DNA of 64,000 bases from Escherichia phage anhysbys. Shown in pieces: positions 8,525 to 17,317 of this stretch. Positions within the stretch are counted from its first letter, which is position 1. Each line of letters begins with the position of its first letter. The notes under the pieces were generated by a model. That model did not search any database, had not been told where the DNA came from, and saw only the letters and a list, made by a program, of their open reading frames with translations. Both the position numbers and the translations under genes were made by a program. Location: sequence record NC_052656.1; one strand, given 5' to 3'.

Positions 8525-9133
8525 TTAGTTTTTAAAATTGTTCAAAGTGTTAAAAACATCCAAACATGTTAGCCACTGATCTTCTAAACCTGTGATCACA
8601 ACATTTGGTTTTTTCTTTAGTTCTTCTAGATGGTTATCTTTATAAGGCGTATTAAAATATATTTTAACCACTTCATCTGGAAAATATAGTAGGTTATCAG
8701 CCCTGTCATCTATTGCTATATCACAAGGCAATAAGTATTTTTCTTTCGTAGCAAAAAAGCCGTTGCCAGATCCTTTGCTAAAATCAATCGTATCTAATGT
8801 TCTTAAAACATGCTTATGTTTAGAACTTAAGTGACCACCTTTTGTCACACTTGCGATCAAAAGATTGCTACCTTTCCTTGAAACATACTTTAAGAAATCT
8901 GGCATACCTGGAACAAAACCCATTGTATCATAGAGATGAGGATTATCCAGAAATCCGTAAGGATCTATATTGAACTCCTCCCTGAAACCAGGAAAGTAGT
9001 TGGTAAGATCATAGTCTGCATTTTTTGTGAATGTGTCTATCTTAACACCAAGTCCACTAATCTTATTCAACCATTCTAACCAAGCAACATCTAATGGAGC
9101 CACAACTAAATCCCAATCACATACTATCTGCAT
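8525..9133 (-). CDS. HAD-superfamily 5'(3')-deoxyribonucleotidase-like
   Basis: N-terminal DxD (VCDWDLV) and C-terminal IAIDDRADN resemble the NT5C/HAD motifs. Confidence 0.5.
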   Translation of the reverse strand: MQIVCDWDLVVAPLDVAWLEWLNKISGLGVKIDTFTKNADYDLTNYFPGFREEFNIDPYGFLDNPHLYDTMGFVPGMPDFLKYVSRKGSNLLIASVTKGGHLSSKHKHVLRTLDTIDFSKGSGNGFFATKEKYLLPCDIAIDDRADNLLYFPDEVVKIYFNTPYKDNHLEELKKKPNVVITGLEDQWLTCLDVFNTLNNFKN

Positions 9134-9149
9134 AAAACCTCCTCTCTCT

Positions 9150-9180
9150 TTTAGTATAGTTATCTTATACTAACTTTCAA
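9150..9180 (-). promoter_or_regulatory. candidate promoter (TTGAAA-16-TATACT) on minus strand
   Basis: reverse complement of 9175-9180 is TTGAAA, of 9153-9158 is TATACT; very short leader before the 9133 start, so uncertain. Confidence 0.35.
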
Positions 9181-9745
9181 TTTCCTGCAATAGGATTTTG
9201 ACTATTTGTTTACGGCGTTTTGCTACTGTGCTTTCAGGTTCTATTTTACGCTTCTTCAGCCATGCTTTATCTTTCTTAGCTCTGCACAAAGCTATCGCTT
9301 CTTTTTCAGCTTTCGCTTCTTCAAAAGATATACCTTGTTTATCTGCATAAGCAAGAATAGAGTTGCACAATTTACAAACCATTCGCAAATCTTCTTCTTT
9401 CACATAGATTAAACGGAAAACAAAAAGAGGAATATCATCAAAACATTGAAGTTGTTTTGCTGCGTGAATATGATCCACTTGGAAGTCTTTCATTCCTCCT
9501 CTATGTCCACATATTTCGCACTCACAATTCCAAACTTGTTTTGGTTTTCCAGTTTTCTTGTCTATCATCACATTGCCGTCTTTATCTACTCGATCAACTT
9601 TAAAACGCCTTGCATTGATAACCTTAATTTTATTAGGGTGTCTCATCCATGCTTTTCTAAAACATCCCCTAAGATAAGTATAAAATTCAGCTTGTGTTTT
9701 CCAGGGTGTTCCTTCACCCCACATTATTTTTGGTTCACCTGCCAA
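9170..9745 (-). CDS. HNH endonuclease (free-standing, homing-endonuclease-like)
   Basis: 191 aa; CECEICGH...DHIH...CKLCN = CxxC / DH-x-H / CxxC-N arrangement of the HNH fold. Confidence 0.6.
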   Translation of the reverse strand: MAGEPKIMWGEGTPWKTQAEFYTYLRGCFRKAWMRHPNKIKVINARRFKVDRVDKDGNVMIDKKTGKPKQVWNCECEICGHRGGMKDFQVDHIHAAKQLQCFDDIPLFVFRLIYVKEEDLRMVCKLCNSILAYADKQGISFEEAKAEKEAIALCRAKKDKAWLKKRKIEPESTVAKRRKQIVKILLQEIES

Positions 9746-9790
9746 TATTGCTCACCTTTTTAGCTGTATATTCCCCTGGTGGGATATTGT

Positions 9791-9823
9791 GTTTAAAAAA
9801 CAAAAGGCGGTCTAACCCCGCCT
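9791..9823 (-). terminator. intrinsic terminator
   Basis: minus-strand hairpin AGGCGG...CCGCCT followed by TTTTGTTTTTT; lies inside ORF-track entry 9735-9968, which is therefore rejected. Confidence 0.6.
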
Positions 9824-9912
9824 TGCACATTGTTTCTGGAATAGTCAAAGTTAGTAAAAGTTTATCACCTTTTCGGTTGAATATTTTATAAACTTCTCCT
9901 GCTCCATATTGT

Positions 9913-10314
9913 TTAGTATTGCTCGCCACTAATACGTTCCTTAAGTTGTTTAATAGCTTCGATTGCATCTACATAAGAAGAGTTATACATGTGTTTCAGT
10001 GCTACTCGTACTAAAGGATCTTTTGTGAAGAAATCAATAAGAAGCATAGCTTGATCATGTTTAGCTGCATTTGTCATAGATGGATAATTTTCACGAACCA
10101 TATACGTGTTATTTTGCATAAGGGTTCTTTCTAGTTCAATACAATGAATAGCTTTATCTAGGTTAATCTGACGTTCACCTTTAATACGTGTTGCGTATTT
10201 TGCCAATTTGCAAAAACAAGGTGTGCCACCAACCAAATAAGCTAGTTCAATAGGTTGCATTGCCATTTTTGTGTAGTGATCACCGTCAACCTGATTATCA
10301 AAAGCATTAGACAT
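9913..10314 (-). CDS. DUF3310-like phage protein
   Basis: GDHY...QPIE...KYATRIKG...DLDKAIHCIELE pattern recalled for the DUF3310 family. Confidence 0.45.
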   Translation of the reverse strand: MSNAFDNQVDGDHYTKMAMQPIELAYLVGGTPCFCKLAKYATRIKGERQINLDKAIHCIELERTLMQNNTYMVRENYPSMTNAAKHDQAMLLIDFFTKDPLVRVALKHMYNSSYVDAIEAIKQLKERISGEQY

Positions 10315-10579
10315 AATTTTCCTCCTGAATTCCTACTGCGCCTTCTTCTGGGTAATCTGTATAATAAGCTACCCTACCTTGATAGATAACATCACCATCA
10401 TCATTGTAGATTGCTGTATCTTCTTGAATTGTTATTTCAACGTCAAGTAAATCTGGGTCTTTCTCGATGGTATAGTTTAAACCTAACATTTCAAACAGTT
10501 CGAAAATTTCGTTACCTGTTAATGTAATGCTCATATTTCCTCCTTTTATTGTGGTTAGCAGAGTATACACTAATATCAA
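10307..10579 (-). CDS. hypothetical protein
   Basis: 90-aa ORF downstream of a strong promoter; acidic. Confidence 0.45.
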   Translation of the reverse strand: MILVYTLLTTIKGGNMSITLTGNEIFELFEMLGLNYTIEKDPDLLDVEITIQEDTAIYNDDGDVIYQGRVAYYTDYPEEGAVGIQEENYV

Positions 10580-10590
10580 ATTTTTGTCAA
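10562..10590 (-). promoter_or_regulatory. sigma70-like promoter (TTGACA-17-TATACT) on minus strand
   Basis: reverse complement of 10585-10590 is TTGACA and of 10562-10567 is TATACT, 17-nt spacer. Confidence 0.6.
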
Positions 10591-10614
10591 TAAAAAAGGG
10601 AGCAATAAGCTCCC
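10591..10614 (-). terminator. intrinsic terminator
   Basis: minus-strand GGGAGC-TTATT-GCTCCC hairpin followed by TTTTTTATT. Confidence 0.65.
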
Positions 10615-10620
10615 TGATTA

Positions 10621-11580
10621 TTAGATTCCAATAATAGTTGCTGCTCGTTTATCTTTGGATCTGGTGTTTGCTCTACTACGTGACAAACCTCCACAAGATT
10701 CACAACGAATGATATCGAAAGAACTTACCGCAGTGTGGTATTGCTTACCAGTAACAACGTGAACATGATCACTGCCGCAACGAGAACAACGGACTTTCTC
10801 ATCTGGGTAATAAGCGGATAAGTTAGGATGCTGTGGAATCCACGGAAGGATTTTCATATACAAATCACGAAGTGAAACAACATCACCATCATTGTAAATC
10901 TGCATACGTTCAAAAGCATCACGATCACCTTCACAACATGCTTTCCATAAAGGGAACCCCTCGTTATCCAGTTTTTCACTTTCTGTTTCAAAATACGCTC
11001 CCATCTCTTTAAGAGAATTGGAAGGAAGTGCAAACTGTTTCTTAGCTGCCTTCAAGGTATCAACAACTACATAGTTAGAAGGTGGAGCCATATCATGATA
11101 TGCGAAGCGTTGGTTAATGTATGCACGGTCAAACTTGTACCCATTGTGAGCCACAACAACATCAGCTTCATTCAGAAGATTCCAAAGATCTTGGCAAAGT
11201 TCCCAATCATCTGTATGATCGATATCGAAAAGAGGATAAGAAGATAAATTCTTACCTTCTACTTCACCTGTATACAAATCAGCAGAAGAGTAAGATAACA
11301 AATAACCCCTACGAATTACCTGGTCTGGAGAAATGAAGGCTTTGAATCGACGGAAAGTATATGCAATCTCTGGTGCAGTTTCAACATCAATAATTTTAAT
11401 AACTGGTTGTTTCTTTTTAACTGGCTCTTGTTTACTTGCACCGAAACGTGCAAGAAAATCATTTACTGTGCTTTTTCTTGTTGGACTACCTAAAACAATT
11501 GCTGCAATATTGCGAGAAGACATACCCTCTGCACTCATACTAAGGATATCTGCTTTCTGCTCTTCTGTTAATCTGCTCAC
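10621..11580 (-). CDS. DEDD-type 3'-5' exonuclease with N-terminal HTH and C-terminal zinc ribbon
   Basis: IIDVETAPE (Exo I DxE), VVVAHNGYKFDRAYI (Exo II), YNDGDVVSLRDLY (Exo III); CSRCGS...CESCGG zinc ribbon. Confidence 0.5.
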   Translation of the reverse strand: MSRLTEEQKADILSMSAEGMSSRNIAAIVLGSPTRKSTVNDFLARFGASKQEPVKKKQPVIKIIDVETAPEIAYTFRRFKAFISPDQVIRRGYLLSYSSADLYTGEVEGKNLSSYPLFDIDHTDDWELCQDLWNLLNEADVVVAHNGYKFDRAYINQRFAYHDMAPPSNYVVVDTLKAAKKQFALPSNSLKEMGAYFETESEKLDNEGFPLWKACCEGDRDAFERMQIYNDGDVVSLRDLYMKILPWIPQHPNLSAYYPDEKVRCSRCGSDHVHVVTGKQYHTAVSSFDIIRCESCGGLSRSRANTRSKDKRAATIIGI

Positions 11581-12695
11581 TCTGCCTCCTGTTGTGAGAT
11601 GTATGACTGAAGCATACTCTCAAATGTTGTATCGTCATTATCCCAGCGTTTCATGTATACCAACTGGAAAATTGTTTCTATCCATTCATCTGTTGTCATA
11701 TGGACTTCTTCTCCATCCCAAGAAGTAAAATTAACGCCATCTGGGAACCACGAGTAGTAAGTATCTTTAACTGTTTGGAAAAGTTCTGCTTGAGTTTTAC
11801 AAGCTGAAAGAAGATTAAAACAAGTAATATCTCCGAACTTAATATCAAAATCTTGATAAGGTCGGATACTATCTGTTTTATCTCCCATTAGCATCTGATA
11901 GGCTAACCAATAACTTCCCCAACCTTTAACTTCTTTCTTTTTACCTTTATCTACGATCCATATGTCGCCAATAGACTCGTCAATAAGAATTATATCTGGA
12001 TTTTTAAATACTCCATCCTCTTTGTAGAAATTAAAAAGGATACTAGGAGTATGTAAACTATCTTTATCTATAGACACTACGATATAAGAAAATTTACCCG
12101 TCCTTTTATAATCTTTATAACCTTGGAAACCATACTTCTCTAACTCATCGTCAGCCTCTATTACAGTAACAACATCACCATTGTGGAACTCCACAAGATA
12201 ATCTTTGGTTTCTGAAAGCTGAAGTGGTTTGATATCTAATCGTTCAGATTTATATTCTACAGGCATTTTGAAGGCGTGTCTGAAAGTTTTTCCTACGCCA
12301 ATAACTCCGCAATATTTTTCTAAACGTAGATGTTTTAGAATACCTAAGACTTTTGTTTTAGCTGCTTGGAAGGTGTGTCCGATATCTTCTGGCGGGTATT
12401 GCTTATCAATAATTTCGAACTCTTCCTTTGTGAAGGGACGTTTGTTTTTGGAGGCTCTTTCTGCATTTGTATCTCCTAGCCAACCTCCAATTTTAGTCTT
12501 ACTTTTACCCCAAAACTCTGTCTTATTTTTAAATTCCTTTTGAGCACCTGAAGGGATGTGCTTCGCAATGATTGTTCTTTTCTCTAATGCAGACGCTGCT
12601 TGGAAAGCGATCTGATCATAATCAATTGCAGCTATTGTTTCTTCGTTGACATATAAATGAAGATCTTCAGGTTTAATTAAAATATAACCGCTAAT
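11577..12695 (-). CDS. rnh: T4 RNase H-like 5'-3' exonuclease/flap endonuclease; boundaries uncertain, no canonical start codon
   Basis: frame is open from 12707 to 11577; upstream part encodes ETIAAIDYDQIAFQAASAL (cf. T4 RNase H ICLIDFSQIALSTAL), then EADD, SIDKD, GDKTD motifs; first in-frame ATG is 12266 (ORF-track start), far too late; candidate AUU start at 12695 after GGGGG. Confidence 0.55.
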   Translation of the reverse strand: MSGYILIKPEDLHLYVNEETIAAIDYDQIAFQAASALEKRTIIAKHIPSGAQKEFKNKTEFWGKSKTKIGGWLGDTNAERASKNKRPFTKEEFEIIDKQYPPEDIGHTFQAAKTKVLGILKHLRLEKYCGVIGVGKTFRHAFKMPVEYKSERLDIKPLQLSETKDYLVEFHNGDVVTVIEADDELEKYGFQGYKDYKRTGKFSYIVVSIDKDSLHTPSILFNFYKEDGVFKNPDIILIDESIGDIWIVDKGKKKEVKGWGSYWLAYQMLMGDKTDSIRPYQDFDIKFGDITCFNLLSACKTQAELFQTVKDTYYSWFPDGVNFTSWDGEEVHMTTDEWIETIFQLVYMKRWDNDDTTFESMLQSYISQQEAE

Positions 12696-12707
12696 ATTTC
12701 CCCCTAA

Positions 12708-12917
12708 TTATTCATCGTCATCCTCTGTTGAGAATGTTTTAGTATACGGACATTGACGACTTTTCGGGATTGCTATAACTTCATCTTGGTTAGCGTTAGA
12801 ATAGTAGCAATATTTTGTGTTGCCATTAACTTCAGAATCAGACAAGATTAAAGTAATTTGACCTGCTGCTACTGTGAAACTAAAAGCTAAAAGAACGACT
12901 GTCAGAATCTTTTTCAT
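12708..12917 (-). CDS. small secreted protein (signal peptide, two Cys)
   Basis: MKKILTVVLLAFSFTVAAG signal-peptide-like N-terminus; AGGAGG RBS. Confidence 0.45.
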   Translation of the reverse strand: MKKILTVVLLAFSFTVAAGQITLILSDSEVNGNTKYCYYSNANQDEVIAIPKSRQCPYTKTFSTEDDDE

Positions 12918-12927
12918 AACGCCTCCT

Positions 12928-12956
12928 AAAAAGCCTACCTCATTAAGTAGGTAGGC
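12928..12956 (-). terminator. hairpin terminator/attenuator
   Basis: minus-strand GCCTACCT...AGGTAGGC hairpin followed by TTTTT, then AGGAGG RBS. Confidence 0.45.
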
Positions 12957-12989
12957 ATAATATCATAACTAATCCCGCAAGTCAAGAAC

Positions 12990-13868
12990 TTATTTAAGGA
13001 TTGTTGCTTTGGTTAAATCTTCCATCAGACCTCGAATCTCATTGAAGCACAGAAGGACTGAAGCTTCAATACTACCTTCTTCGTCTGCAAAATATTTCGG
13101 AAAACGTAGTTTAGAAAGTTTAAACTCTTTATCCACTACAAAATCTACAACACCATCATATTCAAGACCGATTGCAACCACATCTTTACCATCTTCTTTT
13201 AGTTCGACAGCTTTAGACTCGTATAGGGATTCTTTACTCCAAACAACAACGCCCTCGCTATCCTCCATTTTGATATAATTTCCGAGAGTAATACGATCTG
13301 CTTCGTGATTCTCCAACAATTCGCCAAAACCTTTTACAATAGCTTCTTCGTGCACACTAAAACCTACCGAAGGGAAAGTCCCCAGAACGGAACGGAGGAA
13401 AGAAGTAATCTCTTCTGCAACCTTTTTACTTCCATTAAGAACATAAAGAAGATTCGTAGTTTTATCCAAGACAACATAGTTAAAGAAATCTTCAGGTTCT
13501 GTTTCAGGCAATAGTGCAAATTCAATATCTTCCTTCATTGCTTTGACTACTTCTTTATCAACATAAAACTCTTTACCTTCGCTCCCCATGTCCTGACGCA
13601 TTTCTTCTAGACGTTCATTCAGAATACGTTTAACTTTCTTTTTATCTACTTTCTTCACAGATTGACCTACATTAAGTAGTTCAAGATCTGAAAACTCTTT
13701 TACAAATTTAGAGTCATCTTCGAAACGAACAAGACCGATAGTGTGTGACTGGGAGCCTTCTGCCGTTACAAATTCCAGAGGAATATCTGTAATGCTGTTA
13801 AGGGATGCTACAGAAGCATTGTCACCAACAACCATAGGCAGAGCGGATTTAAAAGATTTTACAAACAT
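12990..13868 (-). CDS. hypothetical acidic protein (292 aa)
   Basis: long ORF with AGGAGG RBS; no confident motif. Confidence 0.5.
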   Translation of the reverse strand: MFVKSFKSALPMVVGDNASVASLNSITDIPLEFVTAEGSQSHTIGLVRFEDDSKFVKEFSDLELLNVGQSVKKVDKKKVKRILNERLEEMRQDMGSEGKEFYVDKEVVKAMKEDIEFALLPETEPEDFFNYVVLDKTTNLLYVLNGSKKVAEEITSFLRSVLGTFPSVGFSVHEEAIVKGFGELLENHEADRITLGNYIKMEDSEGVVVWSKESLYESKAVELKEDGKDVVAIGLEYDGVVDFVVDKEFKLSKLRFPKYFADEEGSIEASVLLCFNEIRGLMEDLTKATILK

Positions 13869-13924
13869 GTTTCCTCCTATTTAATACATCTCACATTACC
13901 GCCCATAAAGGGCGGCTTACAACA

Positions 13925-14650
13925 TTACTTGTTAATAATACCTGCAATATTAGGTTTGACAAAGGTCGATGGTTTCATGATCTTACCTTTATCATCAAAG
14001 AATACATACACTTTCTGTTTTTCATTATAAACAGCATGAACACCAGTGTATGCCCCTTCTGGACGATTGGCATTTCGTTCTTCAATTGCAGCGCATTCTT
14101 GTGCAATTGCTGAATCGATATCTGAAGTTTTCCAGGTTTTCAGCAACTGTTGTTTAGTTGGATACTTGGAATCATTACTTTTCAATACCTCTTTAATAAC
14201 TTTCTTTTCTGGATATTTTGAACGGATTAGAGTGTCACGAGACATACGCATAATACCAGCAGCCATTAGTGCCATTTGAACTGGCTCTGTAAATGTTTGT
14301 TCCAAAGCATCGAAATCGGTATACACAGTTGGAGTAAAAACATCGCCTACAGCATAGTCCAAGAAATTCATCGTATGTTCTTCACCAAAGAACATGTAAG
14401 TCAGATAACTGGATACTACAAAAATATCCGCTGCTGCATCCAAGAGTTCTACATGATCGTTTACTTTCGCGGCTGTTTCATACTCTTTAAGCTCTTCACG
14501 AACGAACCCGATTTGGGACATAAATAGCTCTTGAGTGAATTCAGGTTGTTCACCACCTCGTGCTTTGGCATTCCAATCAATCACGTGCTTTGCTGCATTT
14601 TTGAAAAATTCAGTATCGAATTTAATATCTTTAAAAAAATTCTCGATCAT
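13925..14650 (-). CDS. MazG-like nucleoside triphosphate pyrophosphohydrolase (putative)
   Basis: EELKEYETAAKVNDHVELLDAAADIFVV resembles the MazG EExxE/D helix motif; weak. Confidence 0.4.
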   Translation of the reverse strand: MIENFFKDIKFDTEFFKNAAKHVIDWNAKARGGEQPEFTQELFMSQIGFVREELKEYETAAKVNDHVELLDAAADIFVVSSYLTYMFFGEEHTMNFLDYAVGDVFTPTVYTDFDALEQTFTEPVQMALMAAGIMRMSRDTLIRSKYPEKKVIKEVLKSNDSKYPTKQQLLKTWKTSDIDSAIAQECAAIEERNANRPEGAYTGVHAVYNEKQKVYVFFDDKGKIMKPSTFVKPNIAGIINK

Positions 14651-14659
14651 TATAACTCC

Positions 14660-14842
14660 TTATTTAAAATAGCTTTCTAGAAAGTTGCTAATATTTACTA
14701 CAGTCTCACCCATGTAAATTCCTGCGAAACCGAAAACAAGCATACGTGGAATATTGAAATACCATTTATCCGCCGGAAAAGATGCCAGAATTACAATAGC
14801 AATTGCTATCAACATCATAAGAATTGTTGCTAAAATTATCAT
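14660..14842 (-). CDS. small membrane protein (60 aa, two hydrophobic segments)
   Basis: ATG at 14842 with GGAGG 7 nt upstream; ATGA overlap with upstream ORF stop. Confidence 0.35.
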   Translation of the reverse strand: MIILATILMMLIAIAIVILASFPADKWYFNIPRMLVFGFAGIYMGETVVNISNFLESYFK

Positions 14843-15033
14843 AAAAATGCCTCCAGGTATTTTGCACAATGGTAAGCTAAGAAACAAGAAACTACCGCAT
14901 ACCCAACTCCAGACATACATGAATCAATCGCAATACATACGGTTCTTTTCTTTGAATTCTTAGGAAAGCTTTCCGAAGCATTCATACAATAAAAAGAAAG
15001 CACACTGAAAACGATTAAAATGGCTAAGAACAT
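14839..15033 (-). CDS. small membrane protein (64 aa)
   Basis: GGAGGAAAA-ATG start; N-terminal TM helix MFLAILIVFSVLSF. Confidence 0.45.
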   Translation of the reverse strand: MFLAILIVFSVLSFYCMNASESFPKNSKKRTVCIAIDSCMSGVGYAVVSCFLAYHCAKYLEAFL

Positions 15034-15042
15034 TTTTCCTCC

Positions 15043-16170
15043 TTATTCTGCTGGTTCCCAAGTACCTGGGATCATTTCTCGAATACGAACACCAACAGGT
15101 TTTGTTGGAATACCTTCATCTGAAAATTCTTCATACTCTATTTCAACGAACTGATTAATCAAGGTAGAAGCATTCTCTGCTTTACGATAATTGATAGTCT
15201 CATGAGCATCTTTACGCATTAAGAATTCGACTACTTTACCATTTTCCATCTCACCTGTCAACACTCCATCACCATTTTTATCACTTTTTGAATTTGTTAC
15301 TTTAACTTCAAGGGTGTGGCGAGGCTTACGTTTAATAACGTCATAAGAACGTTTATCAAATTCGTAAACTCCGTGAGCATTACGATATACTACACCTTCA
15401 GCTTTCTCAAGTAAAGCTTTTTCATAGAAAGCATCAAACTGTTCTTGGTTTTCAATATACTCTGTATGAACTACGCAAATAAGCTCGTCAAGACCATAAT
15501 CTTCAACTACTGCCTTAAGAGCAGTAAGAACATCAACACGTTTTTCAAACGGTAGATCTGGAACTGGAATATCATATACGTAATAATTCAGCAAAGGTGT
15601 ATTTGCATTATGCTTCTTCCAGGCACTGTTAATTTGTTGCAGACTAAGGACACCTAACCCAGCAAACACTTCACCATCAAGAGGATGACCAACAACTTCA
15701 CTAATAAAGTTTGGAATACCTTTCCAATGAGGTGGCAGGTTATACACTTCCCCAGCTTTTGATAAACACTCCCCTTTCATGTTAATCATAGAACGTAACC
15801 CGTTCAGTTTGTATTGTGCATAACCAGGGAACACAACCCTTTCAGGATAATCTTTATAATCCTGGCATTTCATTGGTGTAGAAGGAACATGGTTTTCAGC
15901 TTCTTCTTTTGTTTTATAATAGCCATTCTTTAACTGTTTTGTCCATTTGGCAAAAGCTTCAAGTTCAGCTTGTTCTTCTGGTGTTGTTTCATTGGAACGA
16001 CCGATGTTTTTTGCTTCTGCTGTATAAGATTTTTCTGTGATTTTTCCACCTACCCTTCCATGAGCTACAGTAACAACTGCACCATCTGTATACACTGTCC
16101 ACTGTTTAAGTTTTCCTTTTGAATCTTTACCATACAGCGTTTGATTTGTTTGTTGCATTAGTCCTCCCAT
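15043..16170 (-). CDS. ATP-dependent DNA ligase
   Basis: 375 aa; adenylation motif I variant KLNGLR (KxDG-type); small size typical of phage ATP ligases. Confidence 0.65.
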   Translation of the reverse strand: MGGLMQQTNQTLYGKDSKGKLKQWTVYTDGAVVTVAHGRVGGKITEKSYTAEAKNIGRSNETTPEEQAELEAFAKWTKQLKNGYYKTKEEAENHVPSTPMKCQDYKDYPERVVFPGYAQYKLNGLRSMINMKGECLSKAGEVYNLPPHWKGIPNFISEVVGHPLDGEVFAGLGVLSLQQINSAWKKHNANTPLLNYYVYDIPVPDLPFEKRVDVLTALKAVVEDYGLDELICVVHTEYIENQEQFDAFYEKALLEKAEGVVYRNAHGVYEFDKRSYDVIKRKPRHTLEVKVTNSKSDKNGDGVLTGEMENGKVVEFLMRKDAHETINYRKAENASTLINQFVEIEYEEFSDEGIPTKPVGVRIREMIPGTWEPAE

Positions 16171-16379
16171 TTAAAAACTGAAATTTTCAATCTGTTACAC
16201 ACTTCATCCAAATCTGCGTCGAGTAACGTTGTAGATGTTGCCAACATATAATCAATGCTTGTGAAACCTTGCCCTTTGGCATAGTCAAGCATATCTTCAT
16301 ACATATCTTCAAGATCACCGTCATCAAAAGTAGCTAGAAAATCCTCGTCCCCGCTACGAACATAAAATGCAGTACTCAT
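16158..16379 (-). CDS. small highly acidic protein
   Basis: 73 aa, Asp/Glu-rich. Confidence 0.45.
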   Translation of the reverse strand: MSTAFYVRSGDEDFLATFDDGDLEDMYEDMLDYAKGQGFTSIDYMLATSTTLLDADLDEVCNRLKISVFKWED

Positions 16380-16567
16380 TCATCTTCATCCCAAGATTCA
16401 AAAACGCAGCAATCATCGGTTTCTATAATACCAACACGTCCGCAGGTATTGCAAGTGATTTTATCACCGTAGAATAAATAATTTTTATCACCCTCTGTGT
16501 TTACAGTTATGTCATTACTACCACAAGGGCAAGTCAGCCAACCAACAACAACGATATCTTTTTTCAT
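16376..16567 (-). CDS. small zinc-ribbon protein
   Basis: CPCGS...CNTCG Cys pairs. Confidence 0.45.
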   Translation of the reverse strand: MKKDIVVVGWLTCPCGSNDITVNTEGDKNYLFYGDKITCNTCGRVGIIETDDCCVFESWDEDE

Positions 16568-16576
16568 AATCCCTCC

Positions 16577-16903
16577 TTAAGCGTTCAGTTCGTTGTTGAG
16601 TTCGTAAATCTCTTCTTGAAGAGCATCAATCTCTTCCTCCAAACGGGAGATCTCTTCTTTTAGATATACCATTTCTGATTCTTTCTCTTCTAATTCATTT
16701 TCAAATTTTACTTTATTCGCCTCATTTTCATAATGCAGTTCAGCGTAATCATCACGCATTTGTTCAATAAGATGAATCAGAGATAAGATATAGTTATCCC
16801 CAGTTTCATCTCGCCACTCTTCCCCGTGGCGCAAGATTGTGATTCGTCCCGTGTTTTCATCTAAAATTGTCTCATATTTACGATCATCTGTATAAATCTG
16901 CAT
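16577..16903 (-). CDS. coiled-coil protein, hypothetical
   Basis: C-terminal heptad-like E/L-rich segment. Confidence 0.45.
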   Translation of the reverse strand: MQIYTDDRKYETILDENTGRITILRHGEEWRDETGDNYILSLIHLIEQMRDDYAELHYENEANKVKFENELEEKESEMVYLKEEISRLEEEIDALQEEIYELNNELNA

Positions 16904-16912
16904 TATTACTCC

Positions 16913-17317
16913 TTATTGAAGTTTAAGTGAACCACGAAGACGTTTCTCTTGCTGATCACGAATATATTGTGGAACCTCGTGAATTGAATCATTACCGTGC
17001 CTATTTTCAACAACTAAAGAGATAACTTGATAACCAAACTCTTCAGCAAGAGTTAGATAAGGTTTAAGTTCTTTCTCTGTGGTTGAAGTGTTAGAAACAA
17101 TAATCTTGTTAAGATTAGATGCCATAGCATCACGAACAATACTCTGACACCATGCGTGTGCTTTACCTACATTTTCTGGCTTCCAATCGTAAACACCACT
17201 TTCTGTATAATGATATTGATCTGCCTCACAGATAGGCCAATAACCTTCAGAAATAATTTCTGCTACCGTAGATTTACCAGCACCTGAAACGCCACGTAAA
17301 ATGATAAGTTGTTTCAT
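16913..17317 (-). CDS. P-loop polynucleotide 5'-kinase (Pnk kinase-domain-like)
   Basis: Walker A GVSGAGKST near N-terminus; 134 aa, size of T4 Pnk kinase domain; adjacent to RNA ligase. Confidence 0.6.
   Translation of the reverse strand: MKQLIILRGVSGAGKSTVAEIISEGYWPICEADQYHYTESGVYDWKPENVGKAHAWCQSIVRDAMASNLNKIIVSNTSTTEKELKPYLTLAEEFGYQVISLVVENRHGNDSIHEVPQYIRDQQEKRLRGSLKLQ

Noticed and set aside
9735-9968. Minus-strand ORF 9735-9968 (77 aa)
   Set aside because: It contains a clear intrinsic terminator (hairpin plus U-run at 9791-9823) and overlaps both neighbouring genes.
12229-12543. Plus-strand ORF 12229-12543 (104 aa)
   Set aside because: Antisense to the upstream, conserved part of the RNase H-like reading frame.
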